In this document: positions 52,251 to 62,484 of the stretch, one piece after another | Position numbering within the stretch: position 1 is the stretch's first letter | Layout: each line of letters opens with the position of its first letter | Assembly: GCA_016906335.1 (NCBI GenBank) | Contig: JADEYG010000001.1 | Span: 496,001-560,000, forward strand | DNA: 64,000 nucleotides | Direction: 5' to 3' | DNA from: Novakomyces olei | Lineage: Eukaryota | Translations under genes and position numbers: made by a program | The notes under the pieces: model-generated | Databases searched by the model: none | Told to the model about the DNA's origin: nothing | What the model saw: the letters and a program-made list of their open reading frames with translations, nothing else

Positions 52251-55200
52251 ATGTCGCGGCATCGTCAAGTTGCTGATGTAGACGGTACTTTTTAAAAGAC
52301 TTTTATTTCTCTCTAACAAGTACAGACGCTCTTGACGAAGGAAGTTACGAAGAAGACGGTAAACGCAGTATTCGATTATCAAGTGCTGACATTATTAGAG
52401 CTTTCACCTGAAGACAATGGTAATCATTATCAGTAAACGTCCACAGAATTGAATAGTCAGAAAAATATGAAAGCGCTATAGTGTCGGTACGCAACCGGCT
52501 TACTGCCGCCGGTGCGAAAAGTGTTCCACAGTCGGAGATCCGCGAGACTGTGTATTATTACTACTTTGACGTGGATCAATCCGTAAAGTATCTTTTGGGT
52601 GAGTGCTAATTCCGATCCGTCTTTAATTTGCTTACAAGTCAGACAAATATCGTAAGAGCATTACAAAAGAAGCGAAATCTGGGGCGCCTCAAGTCCCAAA
52701 ACGTAAGCTTTCACTCATGAACTAATTTTCATTATTTTTCATTATTTTCTCGATCTTATTTTCTCGATTATTTAAATGTTCATATTAATGTAAATATTTG
52801 TATTATTGCTGTTATTTTTTTTTATCCTCACCATTAAATTCGGATGTCCCGTGCTGCTGCCTGTACCGCTATCAATGTTGTGTAAAAGGGAACGGGACCT
52901 GAAAGTCTGGGTTTTTGTTGAGACTGCGTTGCGAATTGTGGCTAAACCTGTGATCAGCAGTAGACGGAGCTCCGACACAAAAATTGTCAAAATTACAAGC
53001 TCTGGCTCAAGCTCGGAAGCAGCAAAAATCAGAGTCTTCAAATCATAATGAATCGTCACAGTCTACACCTGAAGCTAGCTCTTTACCTGTCAAACATTTA
53101 TCAAAATTGGCAAAATTAGCACAGGCGCGTAAAAGCGCCAACGCTTCCACGAGTGACAGGGGCCCTGAGCCGGTTGAGAAAAACGAAATACCGACAAATA
53201 AAGAAGATGAGATTTTAATAAAAGAAAAAGACGAATTGTATCACGAAAATAGTAATACCAGTGTGTCTCAATTCAGAAGTACAGAGCAGGAAAAAGATGC
53301 TTTGCGCACAATGATCTCAGCTTCTCAGTCTCCGACCAATTCTGCTCAAGATTCTCATCAAAAGCTGGAAAATGGCTCTTACAATGTTCCAGCCTTATTT
53401 CAAAAAGATCAACCGACTTCAGCTCTTCAGGCCACCCCTTCCAACTTTGCAACACGGCTTTTCTGGCACGATACAGGCTGCAACAGCAGCTATCGGGACA
53501 CTGCTGGCTCTAAATCATTAAATACTAACGCACGGTTTGTCCTAGTACCAGCGACGTCTTTAGATCGATTCGAGCGTAAAGATGAAGGAGAATCCACAGT
53601 TCCTCAGGCAGGAAAAGGGCTCGAAAAGGACTCAGGCAAGCCTGCTTTAACTCAGAAGTCCTATGCCCAGAAGGGCTCAGAAAAGGTACCGATTGGCAAA
53701 GAAACGGTCGAAGCCATGTCGGCATTGTCCGTTGATAGCAAACCGCGAATCAAGCAACAGCAACTTGCGATTGATGTGGCCAAAGAGCACGAGACGACAC
53801 ATATCAAGCCGCTATGTACCTTTGTTGTTGTGGGTAAGGATGAGTTTTATAGTTTTATTATCCAATTATTTAATTATTTATTAATGCTAACCAACCAAGG
53901 CCACGTGGATTCCGGAAAAAGCACACTTTTAGGACGTTTATTGTATGAACTAGGCAGTGTTGATGAGCGGCAGTTACATAAATACCAGACTGAAAGTGCT
54001 CAGAGAGGCAAAGCTTCGTTTGCTTACGCTTGGGTCCTCGATGCAACAGCAGAAGAACGAAGCAGGGGCATTACTATTGATACAGCAGTGACGTCGTTTG
54101 AGACAAGTAAAAGACGATACTGTGTGGCAGATGCTCCAGGCCATCGGGATTTTGTTCCGAGTATGATCTCTGGAGCAGCTCAGGCAGATTTTGCAATCTT
54201 GGTGATTGATGCCTCACCAGGAGCCTTTGAGGCCGGATACCTCGCCGACGGCCAGACCCGTGAACATACTTTGCTCGTGCGCTCGCTCGGTATTGCAAAT
54301 CTTATTGTGGCCGTAAATAAAATGGATACCGTTTCCTGGGGCCAAGACAGGTTTGATCAAGTAAAAGCGCAATTAAGCGCCTTTTTAACCGCTAGCGGAT
54401 TCAGATCCGAGCGGGTTGCTTGGATCCCGTGCAGCGGAATATCAGGTACTAATATTGTGAAGCGGCCACCGGAGAACTGCCCCCTCGTTCAGTGGTACGG
54501 AAGTGGGGAAACCTTGCTCCAAGCAATAGGTAAGAACAGCAACTGATTACAATATACAAACCCTAAAGCATAAACCCTAACCCTAACCCTAGATAATGCA
54601 CCGAGTGCTCGACAGGATTTGTTGCACGAGCCGCTTCGAATGACGATTGCAGACGTGTACAAGGGCGCAGGCACGGTCAATATATCTGGACGTGTCGAGA
54701 CGGGTACTCTTCAGCCCGGACAGGTAGTGCTTCTTGTTCCTGCTCAGGAGAACGCTATTGTGAAGGGTATGAATTTTGTGATAAAAATAAAATCAAATGC
54801 TTTTTAGCTGACAACTAGGCGTTGCTGCTGGAGGCAATGATCGATACGCCGTGGCTGGCGATCCCGTGGCTGTTCAGCTTGGTGATGTTGATTTAATACA
54901 CGTAAAGTATGTATATACAGCATTTATGTCTATATTGATTTATTCATTTAATTATTTATTGATCTAATTGTTTATTCATATATTTTTAACTGCGATTGTT
55001 TTGGGGAGCAGTATTAATAAGGCAGAACTGGCGATGTATTATGCGATCCAGCAGCGCCGGTAAAACGTGTCCAATCGTTCAGCGCAATGATTCTCACATT
55101 CGAACTCGAGTATCCTTTGCTGAATGGAACAGTGGTCGCTCTCTATCGGAATCACGGTGATCGGGAGGCCCGTATAGACAAAATTGAAGAAATATTTGAT

Positions 55201-55552
55201 CATTCGCTCGGAACCGTGAAAAAAAAGAGTCCAAGGTAAGATCGGGGGAAATAAAAAGAGAAATCAATCAACGAAGGCTGTTAATTGGAAGAAAGATTGA
55301 TGCAATAATGAAAATAATTGAAAATGAGTATAACAATTGATTTTCAAAAAATAAAGAGTTTTAAAAAAATAAAGAGGCACACTAATTCAATACAGATTAC
55401 TGCAGTCTGGCGTCTCTGCCAAAGTTCGAATCTCCATAATTGGCGGAGCAGTGCCAATGACAACGTATAGTGTATGCCGAGCTCTGGGCCGGGTTGTTAT
55501 GCGTCGCAACGGCCGTACTATTGCCGCAGGAATAGTAGACTCGCTAGACTAA
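52251..55552 (+). CDS. HBS1: Translational GTPase Hbs1 with an alternatively spliceable Ski7-like segment
   Basis: Short exons give MSRHRQV..ELSPED..EIRETVYYYYFDVDQSVKYLL (HBS1_N); GTPase motifs GHVDSGKST, ERSRGITID, DAPGHRDF, NKMD; C-terminal GRVVMRRNGRTIAAG, TAA at 55550-55552; about 9 introns. Confidence 0.93.
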
Positions 55553-55744
55553 TGAGATGTACATATGTGACTAGAATAAGAGATTTATTTTAATTGTAGA
55601 TGTTTGTGATATCGATACGTTTATTGATAATAATGGCAGTAAATAATTGAGTAATTAATTATAAAGAAATATTTAGTACTGGAGATATATACATTTCCGG
55701 GGTCAAATCATACAAACAGCAATGCACCACCCTTACACTCATTC

Positions 55745-57002
55745 TCATGCTTCAGCCTTTTCTTCATCACTTTCAGGAAGCGAGAGATAATCAGGCCGCT
55801 CACAAGCCTCGTACTCATGAATGAGGTCACGAACAACCTGCCGAGAATCGTCAAACTCCTCGAGCGAATCCTGAAACAACGGCTGCTGCCTGTACTGATC
55901 CAAGAAAGCGCCCCGTTTCCGTAAAGCATCAAACTGGGCACAGGTACGTTTGAACAGGGAGGCCACTGAAGTATGGTTGGCCAACATTAGCCCGGAAACT
56001 CGGGCAGCACTGGACACGTAAGGCGACCTCTTTGTCAGGGCAACTTGAATACTGGCCGGGCCCCAGGGAATAAAATTGGCCAGCCTCCGTTCTCGGATTC
56101 GAAGCAGCGACTTGTGCACATCAGTCGGATCAGCTTCGCCTTGAATAATATTCAAAATTGACATGTAGCAAGAGTGGCGGGAGGCGTTTACAACAGCGAC
56201 TGTCCTGTTCTTGGGCTGCAGAAGCCTTCGCATCACATCCAACACCGTAGTTCGACGCACCATTTTAGCGGAGGCTACCTGCTCTTCGGAGAACGGTGTA
56301 TAAGCAGAAGTCAAGAAATGTGCCTTTGGAATCGGGACGAGACTGGCTAAAATGCCCACCATGTCGTTATTCATGTAACCCGGGTACCTTAGCGTTGTAG
56401 TGCTGGCCGCCATTATTGTGGAAATCAGCTGGTTTGTTTGTTCAAACGAAGGGTTCTGCATGTGCAATCTGTCGGCCGCAATTCGAGCCAATGCTGTATT
56501 ATCCAGCACTGTTACCGCATCAGCATGGAGTGTGAGCCTTTTCAGTGTCAGCATACTGTTGTAAGGCTGAACAACAACATCAGAGAGCTGATGATTAGGG
56601 AAAACAGAGTATGTATGTATGAGTTTCTTGGGGAAACGATCGTTCAAGCGTTCGAGCAAGGCAGAACCCAGCCCGGAGCCTGTTCCGCCTGCTATAGAGT
56701 GGAGCAGCTGGAAGCCTTCTAGAGAATCAGATCCATCAGCCTCGCGGTCAATCATCTCTATGATATCATCAAACAAGGACTCTGATCCAGATGGCTGATA
56801 CCCGGCCGCCCATATATTACCTGCACCGCCTCCGCCCTCGGGTGTAAAGACGTTTTCGGGGTTATACAGCGATCCATGCGAGCCAGAAAGAACATGCTGA
56901 ATGACCTATAAAGTGAGTTTGTTGGAAATTTGAAAATTGGACATTTGACAATTGGACATTTAGAGATTGGAGTAAAAAAGAAGGTCATAAATAATAGAAT
57001 TG

Positions 57003-57033
<31 letters not shown>

Positions 57034-57482
57034 AATTAATTAATTAATTAGTTAATTAGTAGAAATGAAATAGTAAATTAAGGAGACGGGGTGAAGAAGG
57101 AGCATAGTAAAAGTCAAAGTACAACAGATCTTGAAAAAAAAAAGAAATGTCCACAAGCCATGGCAGGGCGACGGCCTTCAGAAGCTCGTGTAACAGATTT
57201 AGATTGTGATATACCCTTGGCTCAAGATCAATGAGAATTGCTCGTGGAACGTATCGCGTATCGTCAGACTGGTAGAAAAACACGTCTTTTCGGTCGTTTC
57301 CGTCGTGTGCAAAATCTGCGAGGTTTCCATCAGGTAAAATGCCGTGTTCCGTACATAGCTGCTGCCAAAAATGTGAAGATACTGTTGCAAGTCAGTCACA
57401 ACAGATCATTATAAGTGTAGTCAATAAGCCTACTTTGATTTCCACATTGTCCAGCGGCAATTGTAATAATTTCCCGGCCCAT
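55745..57482 (-). CDS. TUB4: Gamma-tubulin
   Basis: [76 protein letters not shown]; two introns. Confidence 0.96.
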
Positions 57483-57871
57483 AGTTTTTGTAGTGGCCGT
57501 TGAACAAGAATCTGGTCTAGTTCATAGTGCCAATACCGCGTCTATTGCTGTCACTAATCGTTGTGTGTGTACTGAGGCGTTGTTTATGCCATACAATAAC
57601 TGCCAATGTGAATGTTATTATTACTATTATTATATTATTATATTATTCTTATTCTTATTTTCATTTCATCTATAATTGTCATTGTACTCGTGTCGCGTCG
57701 CGTTCCACATCATTACTTGTTTATCTGATGTATATATATATACACGAGTTAATTTACATTAATGCAGTATAGAATTACATTAATGCAATATAGAATTATA
57801 TTAATGCAATATAGAATACATCGTGAGGTTAAAGGGTACATTACAAATACCATTAATAATACGGCCTTCTA

Positions 57872-57893
57872 ACCCTACCCTAAAACCGTCACG
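57872..57893 (+). promoter_or_regulatory. Homol-E box (ACCCTACCCT) plus Homol-D-like CCGTCACG upstream of RPL10
   Basis: Exact ACCCTACCCT at 57872-57881; 4 bp later a 6/8 match to CAGTCACA; about 80 bp before the ATG. Confidence 0.6.
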
Positions 57894-57971
57894 CATTACT
57901 AATAGCAAATACACAATAGCGCACAACAAGCCTAACCACAAATCGACGACAAATCGACGACAAAACTAACA

Positions 57972-58643
57972 ATGGCTCGTCGCCCGGCTCGTTGCTACCG
58001 TTACTGCAAGAACAAGCCTTACCCCAAGAGCCGATACAACCGTGGTGTACCGGACCCAAAGATCCGTATCTTTGACCTGGGTCGCAAGCGTGCGGACGTG
58101 GACGAATTTCCTCTATGTATTCACTTGGTATCTAACGAGCATGAACAGCTCACTTCAGAGGGTCTCGAGGCTGCTCGTATTGCTGCCAACAAGTACCTGG
58201 TAAAGACATGCGGCAAGGACGGCTTCCATTTACGTGTACGTGCTCATCCTTTCCACGTGGTCCGTATCAACAAGATGCTTTCGTGCGCTGGTGCCGATCG
58301 TCTGCAGACGGGTATGCGCGGTGCCTTTGGCAAGCCTAACGGCCTCGTTGCTCGGGTCAACATTGGACAAATCTTGTTGAGTGTACGTACCCGTGATGTT
58401 AACAAGGCCAACACTATCGAGGCGCTGCGTCGCTCGCAGTACAAGTTCCCGGGACAGCAGCGTATTATTGTCTCCAAGAAATGGGGATTCTCTCAATTTT
58501 CTCGTGAGGAGTTTGTCTCCCGCCGTCGTGCTGGTGAAGTCAAGCCGGACGGTGCCTACGCCAAGTTTATGACCCGTCACGGTCGCTTGGAGGCGAACTT
58601 GCGTCAGTTCCCCAACGCCAATATCCAAATCTCACCGGCATAG
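57972..58643 (+). CDS. RPL10: 60S ribosomal protein L10 (uL16)
   Basis: [45 protein letters not shown]; intronless with strong codon bias. Confidence 0.99.
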   Translation: MARRPARCYRYCKNKPYPKSRYNRGVPDPKIRIFDLGRKRADVDEFPLCIHLVSNEHEQLTSEGLEAARIAANKYLVKTCGKDGFHLRVRAHPFHVVRINKMLSCAGADRLQTGMRGAFGKPNGLVARVNIGQILLSVRTRDVNKANTIEALRRSQYKFPGQQRIIVSKKWGFSQFSREEFVSRRRAGEVKPDGAYAKFMTRHGRLEANLRQFPNANIQISPA

Positions 58644-59037
58644 ACGATGGGCGGTTGATTGCGTATAGTGAATTAAGGCTCATGATGAACAGCGTGAAAC
58701 ATTTAAAGGCGTTTAAATTGTCTAGTATGTGTATGTATTGCTTTGCACGATAAAGCTCGGATCTTATTGAGCTGAGATGGTGTATTAAGCTCTCAAATAA
58801 TGGCCGTAAAAACAGCCGTAATAATAGCCGTAATAATAATAGTCGTAATAATAATGCAGGTGTTTAATGTAGCGACTAAAAATTTTGGAGTTTGGCAATA
58901 AATACTGCAGTAAATTGCGCTATAGTAATACTTAGAGTCCACAACATTAAGCAATATATCATCAATGCACAAGCCGAATACGCGTAGTCATTAAATGTAT
59001 TAATCCCATTGAGTCTCCATTTGCGAGACAAAAGAGT

Positions 59038-59577
59038 TCATAGATCTTTTTCAAATATATCGCTCACGTGCGGCCGATGCTTTCTCCTTGGCGGTGATGT
59101 CAAAAGCACTTTACTACCGTCTTTGCCCGTAAACCTTTTCCCCAATCCTTTCAAGCTATTAAAAAACTCCACACTTGAACGGGTAACTGAACTGCGGAAC
59201 GAGACAAGGGAGCCGACAACTTTTGCTTTTGTTCTTGGAGGCTTGTGCTCTTCTTCTTCAGGCGAAGAAAGCGACCAGCAGCTGAGAGACGATTGAGGCC
59301 GCGACGGTACATGTGATGACTGTCGAATCTGGCGCTGTGGTATCATTATAGGCGTGGCCCAACGGCCACTGCCGCTCCGACTATGGCAGTCTCGGCTACT
59401 TTTACTCCGGCCATTGTACGCAGAATAGCCATGATGGTAACCGCCTACATCATCTACTTTACTATGGCCTCCGCTCGGCGTGGTCGGCGGCGATCGTAGA
59501 CCCGAGTCAAATCGTACTCGCGGCTGTAGCATATCCGCCGACGACGAGTGCAGTAACGGTCTATATGGAGAAGGCAT
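59038..59577 (-). CDS. Hypothetical disordered Ser/Arg/Pro-rich protein, about 179 aa
   Basis: GC-rich ORF with AT-rich flanks; first ATG at 59577; no recognisable domain. Confidence 0.55.
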   Translation of the reverse strand: MPSPYRPLLHSSSADMLQPRVRFDSGLRSPPTTPSGGHSKVDDVGGYHHGYSAYNGRSKSSRDCHSRSGSGRWATPIMIPQRQIRQSSHVPSRPQSSLSCWSLSSPEEEEHKPPRTKAKVVGSLVSFRSSVTRSSVEFFNSLKGLGKRFTGKDGSKVLLTSPPRRKHRPHVSDIFEKDL

Positions 59578-60218
59578 TATACATGGCAACAAAGGCGCTA
59601 AACAGTCGATGCTTTGGTTAAATATAAACGGCGCACTCAAGCTATTCGTTTTGACAGCAGTTTATGAATAAAGAGAGGAATACTTTTTGACAGCAACAAG
59701 GGGAAATCCCGTTTTCGCGTCGCGAGAATCGCTCCGACACGTACAGATTTGTGAATGATTACTCTAATTACATTGCAACTTTATCGCTCGACACTGTTCG
59801 TTTCTTTGCGTACAACGACAGTCGTGTTAGATTGTGCACTGCGGCCGCGGTACCAATTACATTGAAAAATAAATAAATAAAATCAAATAAATAATTAAAT
59901 TAAAAAAAAGTTGTGTATAGGAAAGGCTATGCTTCGTCGCGCTTATACTATTACGTCATAGTCATTGTGTAGTAACAACAATGAAATGAATAGCATAATA
60001 ATCACGGTACTTTCTTATTATTGACAGCGCAAGAAACAATCAAATTCGTAAAACAAAAAAAAAAACCTTAAAGCTCAAGTTTGATTACTTGTGTATTGTG
60101 GATACTCACGCTTGGTCGATCTATTTATTTACTAATAAATAAACAAATCCGCCGTCCCGAAAAAGGTACATACGTAATTGCAAAACAATCAAAGATTTTA
60201 AACTTTGCAGCAAACAGC

Positions 60219-61169
60219 ATGGCGGCAGCAACAGCGTTTTACGATTTGAAACCTCTCGACAAAAAAGGTGCGTAATGAAGGCTATACTTATTACTAATCA
60301 ACCAGGCGAGCCTTTTGATTTCTCGACCCTCAAGGGCAAAACTGTTCTCATTGTAAACACAGCCACTAAATGGTAAATTTGACTATTGATTTATTTTTCG
60401 TTCGGGGTTCATTTTTCCCTTGGTTTGTGGGGTTGATGGTTTCCGAGTTCTCCTATCACCGTCACAGCTTGTTTTTTTCGGCTTTCTGATCCTCATTCTT
60501 CTTTTTGTTACATCTTTTTTCTCTAATTATTTTCTTTTGCTCTTCATGCTTTATCTATCGCAGGTCTAACAGCGTAGCGGGTTCACGCCTCAGCTTGATG
60601 GGCTGGAGAAACTGTACAAAAAGTACAAAGACCAGGGCTTTGAAGTGCTGGGATTCCCTTGCAACCAGTTTATGAACCAGAACCCTGAAGACGCAGAGGC
60701 CACAGACAACTTTTGCCGCCTCAACTATGGCGTGTCTTTCCCTATTCTTGGCGTTATTGACGTTAATGGCCAGAAAACGGATCCAGTTTTCAAGTTTCTT
60801 AAACACGAGAAACATGGGCTGCTCGGTCTAGAGCGTATCAAGTGGAATTTCGAAAAGTTTTTGATTTCTCCTAATGGCGCTGTCGTCCATCGCTATTCCT
60901 CCTTGACAAAGCCTGACTCTATCGAACAAGATGTTGTCAGTCTGCTGCCTAAAGACACCAAGGAATCGCCCATGGCCACTGAAGCTCAAGCGACTCCTGC
61001 CACTACCACTACGGCTCCTACGACGACAACTACGGCTCCAGAGCCTGCTGCTGTTCCGGCTGCGCCTACAAACCTTGAATTCGGTTCGGCAGCACAACCT
61101 GCTGCTGCTGCCTCCGATGGTGCTGCTGCTCCAGCACCAGCAGAGGCAGTCCCCGTTAAATCAGACTAG
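60219..61169 (+). CDS. GPX1: Cys-type glutathione/thioredoxin peroxidase (Gpx/Hyr1-like)
   Basis: FYDLKPLDKKGEPFDF, IVNTATKCGFTPQ (TG|C split by an intron), LGFPCNQF, FCRLNYGVSFP, IKWNFEKFL; Ala/Thr/Pro tail. Confidence 0.93.
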
Positions 61170-61646
61170 TTTACTTTGATTATTGGTCCCAAGGCTTTCC
61201 AATTTATCTTTTCTGAATTGTTCTGAAGGGATACGGATTACTATCTTGCTTTTTTTTGGCTTTGTTTCCATCTATTGGTGGGTTTTTGTTATATAATTCT
61301 GTGTATTCAGCTTCTTTTGGTATTTTGGCATTTAGTACCGTGCTGCGTAATGCTAATCATCCGTATGGGTCGGCATTCGCCCTTAATTATATGCTTTTGC
61401 TCTTAGTTCTCTCGTTGGAATTAATATCCAGTTGGCGACGCTATTCAGTGTCTTTCGTTTAATTAAGTATTTATGCAGAACCCATCGGCATTTCATAGTA
61501 GACGTCGTTTGTTTAGTTGACACTCTTGAGAAAAGCGTAATCGAGTAAAAAGAGCTTGAAATGACAAGGTTGCCATTCCAATATTACTCTATTTCATTTC
61601 GAACCGCAAGACTGGAAAAGTAAGGGAACCCTTTGATGACTCTTGG

Positions 61647-62297
61647 CTAGTGCACTGCTGGCCAATCACATCCACGTGACAAAAGCGCAGCTAAATTCCC
61701 TAATTGCTCCTCGTCGAATTGAGTGAACGCGCCTACTGTTTCACAGTCAATATCTAGCACAGCAACAACCGTCCCATTCACACTGAGAGGCAAAACAATT
61801 TCTGTTTATCAGATAACAGCCAATTATTGCCGTATTATAAACGGGACGGCACAAATTTTTGCCAGATATTACCAGAATTTGTTTCACTATCGCAAGCGAT
61901 ATGCCCGGGAAACTCGTGCACGTTATCGACACGTAAACAAGCATTATCTGCCGCCACGCGACCACAAACCCCGCGACCAAGCACAATCTCCTGACACGCG
62001 ACTTGACCCTGGAACGGGCCCAGACTCAGCCGTTTTGCGTCGCGCAATGGCAAGTAATAAAATCCGGCCCAATTGATTTTACGTCCACTCGCGCGGAGCC
62101 CGTTGAACACTAGAGCAGAAGCATTTGCACTCAAACTGACCTTAAATACACGCCTCAGTATTTGTTCTCAAGATTATATCTGAATTGTGTACCCAATCAC
62201 GATTGTCTTGCAATAAAGCTTCCAGACTTTCGAGCATTTGCTTGTAAATTGCTTCTATCGAACAAGGCCAATTACTCGACGCATCAGCGTGTACCAT
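61647..62297 (-). CDS. Free methionine-R-sulfoxide reductase (GAF domain, fRMsr)
   Basis: MVHADAS, INWAGFY, LGPFQGQVAC, GRGVCG, FPGHIACDSETNS|EIVLP, VLDIDC; two introns. Confidence 0.93.
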
Positions 62298-62425
62298 TGT
62301 GGAGGCAATGACGCACAAAAGAACGATTGCCGTCCGCTAAATATACAAGGCGATACAATTATATAAATTATAAATTATAAATTATAATTTATAATTTATA
62401 ATTTATTATGAATATATGCGATCCC

Positions 62426-62431
62426 ACGCGT
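62426..62431. promoter_or_regulatory. MCB box upstream of the DUF2439 gene
   Basis: ACGCGT about 55 bp before the ATG in a short AT-rich divergent promoter. Confidence 0.4.
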
Positions 62432-62484
62432 AAACATGTCACTCTGTCTTAAACTGCACTTTTGATCTGCCGAGTTTCTGATCA

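Noticed and set aside
58230-58628. Antisense and shifted ORFs overlapping RPL10 and other genes
   Set aside because: Shadow ORFs from codon bias or low complexity, with no domain signal.
57972-58643. Alternative genetic code (CUG-Ser/Ala or stop reassignment)
   Set aside because: CTG occupies conserved Leu positions (DRLQ, EALRR), and TAA, TAG and TGA all terminate conserved genes.
60361-60590. Possible selenocysteine in GPX (active-site codon split TG|intron)
   Set aside because: The only in-frame acceptor (..CGTAG|C GGG TTC) gives TGC = Cys, and no SECIS was recognised.
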